Under the pieces are notes generated by a model. That model ran no database searches, was not told where the DNA came from, and worked only from the letters and a program-made list of their open reading frames with translations. A stretch of DNA of 64,000 bases from Bacteroidia bacterium (GTDB taxonomy: Bacteria > Bacteroidota > Bacteroidia > M30B66): the NCBI GenBank assembly GCA_965279035.1, contig OZ257142.1:2272001-2336000 (forward strand). Direction: 5' to 3'. This document shows positions 36,151 through 46,080 of this stretch, piece after piece; position 1 is the stretch's first letter, and each line of letters starts with the position of its first letter. Position numbers and translations under genes: made by a program.

Positions 36151-37421
36151 AAGTATTTAAATTTGGAGGTGCGTCGGTAAAAGATGCTGAAGGGATTCGA
36201 AACGTTGGAGAAATAATTAAAAGTAATTCTACAGAAACTCTTTGTATAGTTGTTTCTGCTATGGGAAAAACAACCAATGCCCTCGAAGCAGTTTGTAATG
36301 CGTATTTCAATAAAACCAATCAAGCTGCTATTTTACTCGAAGAAATTAAAAAAAAGCATTTTGATATCGTACATTCTCTATTTCCTAATGGAAATGAAAA
36401 GCTATTTAATGATTTAGATACCATTTTTGCTGAACTCTATTGGTCAATTGAAGAAACTCAAATTAAATCATATGATTTTGAATATGATCAAATTGTTTCT
36501 CAAGGAGAATTTATTTCAACTCGTATTGTTGCTGCTTACTTAAATGAAATTGGAATTCAAGCAAATTGGATAGATGCTCGTGATATTATCCATACCGATA
36601 ATACCTATAGAGAAGGAATTGTAAATTGGGAGAAAACGACTATTTCTGTTCAACAAAAATTAGTTCAAGAATCCTCAAATGCTAAAGGAAAACATTTTCT
36701 AACGCAAGGTTTTATTGGAGGAACTTCCGAAAACTATACAACCACTTTAGGACGCGAAGGCTCAGATTATTCGGCTTCTATTTTAGCTTATTGTCTCAAT
36801 GCCTCAGATGTTACCATTTGGAAAGATGTACCCGGCGTATTAAATGCTGATCCACGTGAATTTCCTCAAGCCTGTTTATTGCCTGCAATATCATATTACG
36901 ATGCTATTGAACTAGCTTATTATGGTGCTACGGTTATTCACCCAAAAACCATTAAACCACTTCAAAATAAAAATATTCCTCTCTACGTAAAATCATTTAT
37001 CAATCCGAATTTACCTGGAACTCAGATAAGTGAAAATGATCTTCGTCAAGAAGTACCAACCTATATATTCAAAAAGAATCAGGTCTTGATTTCTGTATCT
37101 CCCAGAGATTTTTCATTTATTCTGGAAGAAAATTTACGCGATCTTTTTGAACTATTTTCAGAATGCAGAGCACATGTGAATCTCATGCAAAATTCAGCAT
37201 TGAGCTTCTCGGTTTGTGTGACGATTGAAAAAGTAAGACTTGAAACCTTGTTAAAAGAATTGGAATTGAAATATAAAGTGAAGTACAATGAGCAATGTGA
37301 ATTGATTACTATTCGAAATTATTCGGACGAATTAGTCTCCCAGCTTATCGGACAAAGACCTATATTGCTAGAACAAAAGAGTAGACATACTTTGCAGATT
37401 GTATTAAAAGAGATTTACTGA
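36147..37421 (+). CDS. lysC: Aspartate kinase
   Basis: KFGGAS, VVSAMG, TTLGREGSDYSA, IWKDVPG..ADP; ATGA overlap with the GNAT gene. Confidence 0.93.
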   Translation: MKVFKFGGASVKDAEGIRNVGEIIKSNSTETLCIVVSAMGKTTNALEAVCNAYFNKTNQAAILLEEIKKKHFDIVHSLFPNGNEKLFNDLDTIFAELYWSIEETQIKSYDFEYDQIVSQGEFISTRIVAAYLNEIGIQANWIDARDIIHTDNTYREGIVNWEKTTISVQQKLVQESSNAKGKHFLTQGFIGGTSENYTTTLGREGSDYSASILAYCLNASDVTIWKDVPGVLNADPREFPQACLLPAISYYDAIELAYYGATVIHPKTIKPLQNKNIPLYVKSFINPNLPGTQISENDLRQEVPTYIFKKNQVLISVSPRDFSFILEENLRDLFELFSECRAHVNLMQNSALSFSVCVTIEKVRLETLLKELELKYKVKYNEQCELITIRNYSDELVSQLIGQRPILLEQKSRHTLQIVLKEIY

Positions 37422-37436
37422 TTTCAATTTTGAATT

Positions 37437-38789
37437 ATGCCCAAGGGATATTTCATTCACAATGCAACCATCATCAATGAAGACAAGCGGTTTACCGGGT
37501 GTTTAAAAATGACTGGACAACTGATTGAAGCAATTTATGAAGGTGCCCCGCGCAAGGAAGAAAATTTAAGAAATCATACTGTTATTGATGCTAAAGGATT
37601 TTGGTTAATTCCGGGTGCGATTGATGATCAAGTCCATTTTAGAGAACCAGGATTAACGTGGAAAGGGGATTTGTATACTGAACCCAAAGCTGCAATTGCC
37701 GGAGGTATTACAAGTTACATGGAAATGCCCAATACAATTCCTAGTGCTACAACTCAATCTTTACTTGCCGATAAATACGTTATAGCCTCTGAGAAATCAT
37801 TAGCGAATTATAGTTTCTATATGGGAACGACCAATTCGAATCTTGATCAGCTTTTAAAAACAGATCCACGAACCGTTTGCGGTATTAAAATATTTATGGG
37901 TTCGAGCACGGGTGATATGCTCGTTGATAATCCCTCATCCCTTGAAAATATATTCAAAGAAGTATCTTTATTAATTGCCGTTCATTGTGAAGATGATCCT
38001 TTAATAAAAATCAATGCAGCCAAAGTCAGAACCGAATTTGGGGATGCTGTACCCATGAAAATGCATCCACTCATACGGAGTGAAGAAGCATGTTATCGTT
38101 CCTCTTCGAAAGCGATAGAAATGGCTACACGTTTTAATACACGCTTGCACATATTGCATATTTCAACTGCACGTGAACTTGAATTGTTTCGAAACGATAT
38201 TCCATCTATCGAAAAACGCATTACAGCCGAAGCCTGTGTTCATCATTTATGGTTTAGTGATTTGGATTATGAACGAAAAGGAGCATTTATCAAATGGAAT
38301 CCAGCAATAAAACGAATAGAAGATAGAGATGCAATTAGAGCGGGTTTATTGAATGGCAAAATCGATGTGCTTGCTACCGATCATGCCCCACATACTTTGG
38401 AAGAAAAAAGAAAATCCTATTTTGATTGTCCATCTGGCGGACCTTTAGTTCAACATGCTTTGCCCGCATTATTTGAATTATGTAAACAAGGTATTTTTAC
38501 CCCAGAATTGGTTGTTCGAAAATATGCACATGCTGTTGCTGATTTATTCAAAATTCACAAACGTGGATATTTACGAGAAGGCTATTTTGCTGATGTTGTA
38601 TTAATAAATCCTGATCATCCCGAGCTTGTAAAAGAAAACGAATTGTATTCGAAATGTGGATGGTCGCCTTTTACTGGAACAACATTCAATTCTACTATTT
38701 CAAAAACATTTGTAAACGGAAATTTGGTGTATGATGAAGGTGTTTTTGATGAAAGTAATAATGGTATGAGATTAACATTCGATAGATGA
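37437..38789 (+). CDS. pyrC: Dihydroorotase
   Basis: DDQVHFREPG, EMPNT, VHCED, HILHIST, KWNP, ATDHAPH. Confidence 0.9.
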   Translation: MPKGYFIHNATIINEDKRFTGCLKMTGQLIEAIYEGAPRKEENLRNHTVIDAKGFWLIPGAIDDQVHFREPGLTWKGDLYTEPKAAIAGGITSYMEMPNTIPSATTQSLLADKYVIASEKSLANYSFYMGTTNSNLDQLLKTDPRTVCGIKIFMGSSTGDMLVDNPSSLENIFKEVSLLIAVHCEDDPLIKINAAKVRTEFGDAVPMKMHPLIRSEEACYRSSSKAIEMATRFNTRLHILHISTARELELFRNDIPSIEKRITAEACVHHLWFSDLDYERKGAFIKWNPAIKRIEDRDAIRAGLLNGKIDVLATDHAPHTLEEKRKSYFDCPSGGPLVQHALPALFELCKQGIFTPELVVRKYAHAVADLFKIHKRGYLREGYFADVVLINPDHPELVKENELYSKCGWSPFTGTTFNSTISKTFVNGNLVYDEGVFDESNNGMRLTFDR

Positions 38790-39124
38790 AAAGAGTACTT
38801 CCTTTCTTTCTCCTAATCTTATTACTCTCTTGTAACTCAAATCAAGATGTTCCTGAAGGTATTTTGGCTGATAGCACTATGAAATCAATCATTGTTGATT
38901 TGAGTATTGTTGATGCATCTTTTAATATGAGTTTATCTTCTTTTACTGCTCCAAAATTTAAATCAGAGTTGTTTTATGAAGAGGTAATGAAACAACACAA
39001 AACAAGCAGAGAAGAATTTAATCGTAGCATGAAATTCTATGCTCAAAATACAAAGCGCCTTCAAAAAATATATGAAGACGCTTTGATCGATTTATCTCAT
39101 AAACAAGTTGAAGTAAATAAGTAA
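38786..39124 (+). CDS. DUF4296 family lipoprotein
   Basis: Lipobox LLSC; M..II.D...F..S..FY.....L..IY pattern. Confidence 0.75.
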   Translation: MKRVLPFFLLILLLSCNSNQDVPEGILADSTMKSIIVDLSIVDASFNMSLSSFTAPKFKSELFYEEVMKQHKTSREEFNRSMKFYAQNTKRLQKIYEDALIDLSHKQVEVNK

Positions 39125-39125
39125 G

Positions 39126-39590
39126 TTAATTGACTTCAATTTTTGTTGTGCTCACTCCGTGACAAGAGTTACAAGCGCCATTCGTAATGGATGAACTCAT
39201 AAAACTAGTGTCATTATTATAGACAATTGCTGGAAATAATCCTGCACCAAAACCTGTAATAGCTGTTGTGTAGAAATTACCTTTCTGATCTCCTTCAATG
39301 GTATATTTTACAGTTCCATTGCCATCCGATTGAGTATACATTAATACAGTAACGTCTTGTGCTGTTGTAGTTTCATTATTTGTGTAGGCTGTTCCCGCAA
39401 TGTAAAACCAACCGCTTCCTTCACCACCTTTTTTGTGACAATCCATGCAATTTTTTCCCATGTTATGACTTCTGCTTTTTCCATGCTGGCTAACGACAAC
39501 CTCCATTTGCTTAGCATGATTACAAGAAAAAAGGGCAATAAATGGTAAAATAATACCAAGTGAATATAGCAATACGGTACGTAATGACAT
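39126..39590 (-). CDS. Small diheme c-type cytochrome lipoprotein
   Basis: CMDCH and CNSCH motifs; lipobox LFSC; likely start ATG 39590. Confidence 0.75.
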   Translation of the reverse strand: MSLRTVLLYSLGIILPFIALFSCNHAKQMEVVVSQHGKSRSHNMGKNCMDCHKKGGEGSGWFYIAGTAYTNNETTTAQDVTVLMYTQSDGNGTVKYTIEGDQKGNFYTTAITGFGAGLFPAIVYNNDTSFMSSSITNGACNSCHGVSTTKIEVN

Positions 39591-39656
39591 GGTTGAAATT
39601 AACAATCAAAGATTGAAACGATAAAAAAGCAGCTATGTTTTAAAAGCTAAATTAAA

Positions 39657-40517
39657 TCAACCTTTTATGCATAGAACGGGGATTTCATTATGATATGCAA
39701 TGCCTTTACTTTTGCTTGGATCAAGAATTTTTGCAACCCAATTCCGTCGATGTGTAACCATGCAAATCATATCGGGTTTTGCAGAGCGACGGTATTTATC
39801 AACTCCTGTATAAAAATCATTATCGAATTTAGTGCGAACCATTTTATAGGACAAAGTCTCCAATTTGAATTTTTTGCGCCATTCAGCTAAATGCTTCTCT
39901 GCATCAAATTTTTTGAAAGCTTCACTTGTAGGGAAAGTCGGTTCTACGTGGAAAATCTCAATGTTTGCTCCTAAAGCTTCTGCCAAAGGTGCAAGTTTCG
40001 TTAGCTCTTCTGAAACATGTGCTAAATCGCTTGCATAGCCAATTTGCTTGATTGCTTTTAAACGGAAATTATCTGGGATAACAATAACAGGAACAGGTGA
40101 ATTCTCAATCACTTTTGCAGCAACGCTTCCTATGAAAAGTCGTTTTAATCCGCTGGCGCCGGTAGTTCCTAAGATGATGCTGTCGGCTTTGTGCCGTTTT
40201 GCTGTTTGAAGAATGATTTCAACCGTTCCAACACCGGGAACAATTTCAGAGGAAATAAATTCATCTTTCGTTTTAGAGCTGAACGAACGAAGTGCTTTTT
40301 TTACAAATTTTTCTAATTCTGTTTTTAGGTAGCTTACCTGATCAATTGGACTTGGAATATACAAACCGGTGAATGCACTTTCGGGCGCTAATTCAAGTAC
40401 ACTAGTTTGATGCATCACCACAATTTTGCTTTTATTTTTTAAGGCAGTGCTGATGGCAAATCGAAGTGCTTTTAATGAATTTGCTGAAAAATCTGTGGGT
40501 ACTAGGATTGTTTTCAT
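39657..40517 (-). CDS. Universal stress protein (tandem Usp domains)
   Basis: ILVPTDFS, GTTGASGL..FIGSVA, PV.VIP, second Usp domain. Confidence 0.92.
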   Translation of the reverse strand: MKTILVPTDFSANSLKALRFAISTALKNKSKIVVMHQTSVLELAPESAFTGLYIPSPIDQVSYLKTELEKFVKKALRSFSSKTKDEFISSEIVPGVGTVEIILQTAKRHKADSIILGTTGASGLKRLFIGSVAAKVIENSPVPVIVIPDNFRLKAIKQIGYASDLAHVSEELTKLAPLAEALGANIEIFHVEPTFPTSEAFKKFDAEKHLAEWRKKFKLETLSYKMVRTKFDNDFYTGVDKYRRSAKPDMICMVTHRRNWVAKILDPSKSKGIAYHNEIPVLCIKG

Positions 40518-40533
40518 GGGTTAGAATTTAGTA

Positions 40534-40598
40534 CTAAAGTACGTTCATAATACCCTTTCAACAATGATTTATTTCATGAATAATAATGACATAAATCA
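40534..40598 (-). promoter_or_regulatory. -7 box plus two Crp/Fnr-like TGA-N6-TCA sites
   Basis: TACTTTAG on - (40534-40541); TGATTTATTTCA (40565-40576) and TGACATAAATCA (40587-40598). Confidence 0.55.
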
Positions 40599-40603
40599 GG
40601 CAT

Positions 40604-41284
40604 TTATGCAGCCATCGAAAATTTATAAGCACGTCTTAAAAAGTGATGAAGATCTCGAGCTGATATAAAATATTCTCGAATGATTTGAGGCAAGTTGGGC
40701 GATAACAGCGTATTGGCATTGAGTTCAATTTTGAAATGAAATTGCTTGAAGCTGATTTCAGGAATTCGTTCTACAATTGAACGAAATTCGGCAGGTAATT
40801 GAATGTGTTGATCACCACGAAGCCCTCCGAAAAGATTTAAAAATTCAGGATTTCTAACTGCTCGAATAAAAGCATCTGGATCCTGCATTATTTGTTGACG
40901 AATTTGATAGAGTTTTTCTTTTTCAGGATTATACACTCCGCCAGCAATCATCAGATATTCATGATTTGCTTGTATAAAGAATCCAGGATATTCTTTCATT
41001 CGTTTTCCCATAGCGGAAACATTGGCGCTCATCCAAGTTTTATAAGGTATTTTTTCTTTTGTGAACCGGATGTCGTTATTGATTCTGAAAATGGCTTCCG
41101 ATGGTTCAATATGAATATCGCTGTCGATGGTCCTCAACTGAATAATCAATTCATCGATAAAATCTTGAAAAGGAATTTTTACCTCTTTTTCATACCATTT
41201 TCTATTCTGATCAAACCACGAGGTTGAATTATTCGAACTAAGTTCTTCGAAATACTGAAGAAACGAATGATTAAAATAAGACAT
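40604..41284 (-). CDS. DUF2461 family protein
   Basis: F.EL..NN...WF..NR..YE, FRIN.DIRF.K.K.PYKT. Confidence 0.88.
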   Translation of the reverse strand: MSYFNHSFLQYFEELSSNNSTSWFDQNRKWYEKEVKIPFQDFIDELIIQLRTIDSDIHIEPSEAIFRINNDIRFTKEKIPYKTWMSANVSAMGKRMKEYPGFFIQANHEYLMIAGGVYNPEKEKLYQIRQQIMQDPDAFIRAVRNPEFLNLFGGLRGDQHIQLPAEFRSIVERIPEISFKQFHFKIELNANTLLSPNLPQIIREYFISARDLHHFLRRAYKFSMAA

Positions 41285-41357
41285 ATGAATTAAGATTAAG
41301 GTTAGGAAATGGGTGAATTAAAATTGAATGATGTCGACAAGGACACTGAAATGCAGT

Positions 41358-43787
41358 TTATTCATAACGAAGTGCTTTAATTGGGTTGGACAAAGCTGCA
41401 CGTGCAGCATGTAGAATGACCGTTGAAGAAGCAATGAGTAGCGCAATCATTCCAGTGATGAGAAATACCCACAGTGGAATATCAATTCGGTAAGAAAAAT
41501 CCTCTAGCCATGTTCTTAAGAAATACCAAGTGAGTGGCGCAGCAAATACGATAGCAAGGAGCACCAATACAACGAATTCTCTGAGGATGAGTAACACAAT
41601 TTGTTGCACCGATGCTCCCATTACTTTTCGTATCCCGATTTCTTTTGTTCTTTTTTCAGTAGAAAATGCTGCTAATGCATACAAGCCTAAACAAGAAATA
41701 ACAACTGTGAGTACTGCAAAAAATGAAAGTACAGTGAGCATAATTTCTTCTTTTCGGTAGAGTTGATTGAGCGAATCGTTGAGAAAGAAATACTGTATAG
41801 GATGATTGGGAAATAAGACTTTCCAATTCTTTTCAATATCACTTATTATAGATTTCGATTCACCTTCTTTAAATCGAATGAGAGCGTTTCTGCCTGATCT
41901 CACTAAACCATTCATGGATGGAAGCATAAATACCATCGGTTCTATGGAGGCATGAAGTGATGCATAATTGTAGTCTTTTACAACTCCTACAATGCGTCCC
42001 TTCATAAAGGCATTTTCTAATTCTTTCCCAATAGGATCTTTTAATCCTAGAAATTTTACACAGGATTCATTAATGACAAATGAACCAGCCGCATCCGAAC
42101 CAAATTCTTTCGAAAACCAGCGTCCCTGACTTAATTTAATTCCTAAAATTGATGCGTAATCGTAATCTACAAAACTCATATTGATTGGTTTATTCTCCGG
42201 TTTTCCATTCGAAGAATAATAGAATAGAATTCTACCAGTTTCTTTACCCGGAAGATGATCACCCGTTGCATAACCAGTAATGGAAGGGTTTTTTAGCAAT
42301 TCATTTCGCATTGCATCCGATTTCAATGCTAAAGAAGTATCGCTTGCTGGAAAACTAACGATAACTACATTTTCTTTTTCAAAACCTAAATCATGATTAC
42401 GAAGGAAATGAAGTTGCATCATCACCACGAATGTTGCTGTGATGATTGATACAGAAATTCCGAATTGCAGAATGATCAATACTTTCCCTAATGCTCGTCC
42501 TGGATTTTTTAATCCTTTGCCCGAAATCATCGCATTGGATCGCAATACCTCCATGGGTTGTAAACGCGATAAATAAAAGGCTGGATAACTTCCTCCTGCT
42601 AATCCTGCAAACAGAAGCATTCCTAAAAGAATCAACCAGAAATGTCCACCTTTAAGGGAATCAAATAGGGAACTATCGTTATCGGTAATTTGATTAAATC
42701 CCGGAAGTAATAATTCAACCAAGGCAATACTCAATAAAAAAGCAATGCAGGTTAAGAAAAACGATTCCCCTAAAAATTGACGAACTAATTGTGCTCGTGT
42801 CGCGCCAGCCACTTTTTTTACAGCCACTTCTCTTGCTCTTTTTACCGCTTGAGCCGTGGTTAAATTCATATAATTAAAACAGGCTATGAGCAAGAGAAAT
42901 AATGCAACCCAAGCGAAGATGATGACATAGGTCTTGTTTCCTTTCCGCACCAAATCATAAATATAATACGTGTCAAAATGAATTTCATGAACCGGTTGAG
43001 CATCAAATTCGATTTTGCCATTGAGCTGATTTTCCTTTAACCAAGGGGTGATAACACGTGTCGACCAATCATTAATTTCTCCTTCAACCTGCTTTTTTGA
43101 AACACCTGTTTTCGTTTTAAAATAGGTTAAACTGGTGAGCTGCATGTAATCGGCCGACATATTCATTCTCATTTCGGGAGCCATCGAACTCATCGACATG
43201 ATAGCATCTACATCGCATAAATGGTTGGGAATTCCGGTTGGATTTATGATTCCTGTTACTGTATAGGAATTTCGAGAATAACGAATGAGTTTTCCCATAG
43301 CCGATTCTTCTCCAAAGATTTGTTTGGATAAACGTTCCGAGATAACTACCGTTTTAGGTTTATTCAAAGCTGTATTTGGATCACCTTGAATAAATGGGAA
43401 ATTGAATACTTGAAATACCGTTGAATCGGCAAAATAATTATGCTCAACAGTAAATGTTTTTCCTTCATACCAGGCTGTTTGTTCACCTATTAAAAACAGT
43501 CTTGCTAAGACCTCAATTGAAGAAACATTCGCTTGAATTTCCTTACCAACGGCAAAGGAGGAAAGGGCAAATGGATCCACTTTATCTTGAAGATGAATGA
43601 TTTCGTTCAAACGATAAATACGTTCCGAATCCTTCCATCCTCGATCAAAACTGAGCTCAGAATCTACAAAGAGGAAAATCAAAATACAGGACGTAATTCC
43701 TGCCGCTAATCCAAAAATGGTGATGCCCGAAACCAAACGATTTCGAAGGATTGTCCTCCAGGATAAACGTAGTATTTGCTTAAACAT
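41358..43787 (-). CDS. ABC transporter permease (MacB/FtsX-like, duplicated)
   Basis: NYMNL.TA...RAREV, QFL.ES, GVVKD, RTKEIGIRKV.GA, NPIKALRYE; likely start ATG 43787. Confidence 0.92.
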   Translation of the reverse strand: MFKQILRLSWRTILRNRLVSGITIFGLAAGITSCILIFLFVDSELSFDRGWKDSERIYRLNEIIHLQDKVDPFALSSFAVGKEIQANVSSIEVLARLFLIGEQTAWYEGKTFTVEHNYFADSTVFQVFNFPFIQGDPNTALNKPKTVVISERLSKQIFGEESAMGKLIRYSRNSYTVTGIINPTGIPNHLCDVDAIMSMSSMAPEMRMNMSADYMQLTSLTYFKTKTGVSKKQVEGEINDWSTRVITPWLKENQLNGKIEFDAQPVHEIHFDTYYIYDLVRKGNKTYVIIFAWVALFLLLIACFNYMNLTTAQAVKRAREVAVKKVAGATRAQLVRQFLGESFFLTCIAFLLSIALVELLLPGFNQITDNDSSLFDSLKGGHFWLILLGMLLFAGLAGGSYPAFYLSRLQPMEVLRSNAMISGKGLKNPGRALGKVLIILQFGISVSIITATFVVMMQLHFLRNHDLGFEKENVVIVSFPASDTSLALKSDAMRNELLKNPSITGYATGDHLPGKETGRILFYYSSNGKPENKPINMSFVDYDYASILGIKLSQGRWFSKEFGSDAAGSFVINESCVKFLGLKDPIGKELENAFMKGRIVGVVKDYNYASLHASIEPMVFMLPSMNGLVRSGRNALIRFKEGESKSIISDIEKNWKVLFPNHPIQYFFLNDSLNQLYRKEEIMLTVLSFFAVLTVVISCLGLYALAAFSTEKRTKEIGIRKVMGASVQQIVLLILREFVVLVLLAIVFAAPLTWYFLRTWLEDFSYRIDIPLWVFLITGMIALLIASSTVILHAARAALSNPIKALRYE

Positions 43788-44475
43788 GGAGCGTTTTTTT
43801 GAAGTTTTCGGATACGATGCGACCATCAAATAATTGGATCACTCGATGCGCGTATTCTGCATGTTCAGGAGAGTGAGTAACCATAACAACTGTTGTCCCA
43901 CTTTCATTTAATTCTGTAAGCAAACGCATTACTTCTTCACCATTTTTAGAATCGAGATTTCCCGTTGGCTCATCGGCTAAAATCAATTTCGGTCGACTTA
44001 CAAACGCTCTCGAAACAGCCACGCGCTGTTGTTGTCCGCCGGATAATTGTTGTGGGAAATGTTTCGCACGATGAGAAATTTGCATTTGCTCCATCACATG
44101 ATCCACGCGTTGTTTGCGTTCGTTGGAGTTCAAGCCCAAATAGAGTAGTGGTAGCTCAATGTTTTCTTGCACATTGAGTTCGTCAATTAAGTTGAAGCTT
44201 TGGAAAATGAAGCCAATACTGTTTTTGCGAAGTTCAGCTCGCTGACGTTCATTGAAGTTGGAAATATTTTTTCCTCCAAAATGATATTCACCTGAACTTG
44301 GCATATCGAGCATGCCGATGAGATTGAGTAAAGTTGATTTTCCGCAACCAGAAGGACCCATGATGGCAACAAATTCACCTTCATTCACCGATAAATTCAC
44401 CTCATTAAGAGAGGTCGTTTCGATTTCTTCGGTGCGATAGATTTTACTGAGATTGATTGTGTTTATGAGCATCAT
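43780..44475 (-). CDS. ABC transporter ATP-binding protein (LolD/MacB-like)
   Basis: GPSGCGKS, LSGGQQQRV, ILADEPTGNLD, VTH. Confidence 0.95.
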   Translation of the reverse strand: MMLINTINLSKIYRTEEIETTSLNEVNLSVNEGEFVAIMGPSGCGKSTLLNLIGMLDMPSSGEYHFGGKNISNFNERQRAELRKNSIGFIFQSFNLIDELNVQENIELPLLYLGLNSNERKQRVDHVMEQMQISHRAKHFPQQLSGGQQQRVAVSRAFVSRPKLILADEPTGNLDSKNGEEVMRLLTELNESGTTVVMVTHSPEHAEYAHRVIQLFDGRIVSENFKKTLHV

Positions 44476-45731
44476 TCTTTGTTTTTTAGTACTAGAATTG
44501 GTGATTCTCCAAAGGAATCGTACGAGGATATGATAACTTGTTCTCCTTCATTTAATCCTTCCAGAATTTCAATGGAATCGTTGTTTTGACGGCCTGTTCG
44601 GATGTTTCTTTTTTCGGCTGTTTGCGTTTTGGGATTTAATACATATACCCAATTGCCACCGGTTTTTTGCATATATGCCGATCGTGGTAATTGCAAAGCT
44701 GTTTGAGATGACCCTAAATTGAGACGAAGTTGAACCGTTTGTCCTTTGCGAATTTCTCGAGGTGTTTCTTGAATAAACGTGAGATCAGCTTCAAATCGTC
44801 CATTTTTTACTTGAGGATAAATCACATCTACTTTCAAACTATGAGCTGCACCATTAAATTCGAAAAGTGCCGTTTGTCCAATGTTTACTTTAGGAAGATA
44901 ATGTTCATCGATACTTGCTCTCACTTTATATCCATCGGGAATATCGAGTTGACCTAAATTTTCTCCTTTGTTTTTGAATTCTCCAACTTCAGCCTTGAAT
45001 GCGGTGAGTTGTCCGTGAGCAGGCGCTTTCACAGTGAGCATTTCGTAATTACTTCGTACCAGATTTAGATTTTTTTGCTTAAGCTGAACCGATGCCGCGT
45101 ATTGTTGAATTTGTGCATTGCTATTTTCGAGTTCTCGAGCATATTTATCTTTTAGAATTTGATACTTCTTTAAAGCATGAGAGTAGGATTCTAGTGCCGT
45201 TTGATATTCGTTTTTTGAAACAGCATTGGATTGAAATAAGGTCGAATCTTGTTTCCATGTTCGGTTTAAAATACCAAGTTGATGTTCTTGATCGGCTAAT
45301 TGATCGAGCAGATTTAAAAGACTTTTATCTTTCGAAAATCCCGCGTTTACTAACTGTGTTCTTTCGTTAGCCAATATTTCCTCACGATTCATCAATTCCA
45401 ATTGAAGTTCGGGATTCGACAATCGAAGTAAAGGAGCACCAGCTTCAACCAATTGACCTTCATCCACAAAACGTTCTTCCACACGACCAGCTTCTGCAAG
45501 TGCGATGTAAATACTTTTTAAGGGCTGAACAGTTCCATCCAATGGAATAGATTCTTGAAAATTACCTTTGGAAACAGATGCTATATTTAATCTACTTGCA
45601 TCCACATTGATTCGTGCTCCCTCATTCGTAAATGAAAAAATGATCAGAATCAAACAAACTACAGCGAATCCGCTACCGAATATCAGCCATCTGTTTTTCG
45701 ACCATTTTGTACATTCTATGATGCGATCCAT
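44472..45731 (-). CDS. Efflux periplasmic adaptor (HlyD/MFP) subunit
   Basis: MDR.I start typical of the family, one TM helix, lipoyl halves G.VE...V.EG and VKAP..GQL, coiled coil. Start moved to ATG 45731. Confidence 0.9.
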   Translation of the reverse strand: MDRIIECTKWSKNRWLIFGSGFAVVCLILIIFSFTNEGARINVDASRLNIASVSKGNFQESIPLDGTVQPLKSIYIALAEAGRVEERFVDEGQLVEAGAPLLRLSNPELQLELMNREEILANERTQLVNAGFSKDKSLLNLLDQLADQEHQLGILNRTWKQDSTLFQSNAVSKNEYQTALESYSHALKKYQILKDKYARELENSNAQIQQYAASVQLKQKNLNLVRSNYEMLTVKAPAHGQLTAFKAEVGEFKNKGENLGQLDIPDGYKVRASIDEHYLPKVNIGQTALFEFNGAAHSLKVDVIYPQVKNGRFEADLTFIQETPREIRKGQTVQLRLNLGSSQTALQLPRSAYMQKTGGNWVYVLNPKTQTAEKRNIRTGRQNNDSIEILEGLNEGEQVIISSYDSFGESPILVLKNKE

Positions 45732-45830
45732 GAATTTTATTCGTTTTGCATTTGAAGATTGATCACCAGCCGATATGAGTGGCTTCTGATGACAAATCGT
45801 TACAATTGTTGGTGTTTTTTTTTGGCGCAT

Positions 45831-45947
45831 GCCAATCCACATGCCCATAAATTCAGTTCATTGAATATCAGGTATATAGAATGAATTTCTGAAGATGGAT
45901 CTAATAATCCTGTCCGATATCGGACATTTGATTGTCGAAAGCGGACA
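45831..45947 (-). promoter_or_regulatory. Putative sigma54 promoter with upstream activator sites
   Basis: GGGCATG-TGGA-TTGGC on - (45831-45846; the -12 is variant). Perfect palindrome TGTCCGAT|ATCGGACA (45911-45926) and a second related site ending in CGGACA (45932-45947). Confidence 0.65.
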
Positions 45948-46080
45948 GTTTCTAAAAAATAAACTCTATAGAATTCTTTAGAGAATCTTTCAATACCTTG
46001 ACAATTAGATATGTGAATTTCAAGTACTGGATTGTGCCTCTACTGGTACATGAAATGCGCGTTAATTAGAAAGCAGATTA

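Noticed and set aside
37620-37650. pyrC metal motif QVH instead of HxH, suggesting an inactive enzyme
   Set aside because: The DDQVHFREPG variant is common in Bacteroidota dihydroorotases and the other catalytic residues are present.
45911-45926. TGTCCGATATCGGACA as another copy of repeat module A
   Set aside because: It shares CCGATA/TCGG but has different length and arms, and its tandem position upstream of a sigma54-like promoter fits an activator site better.
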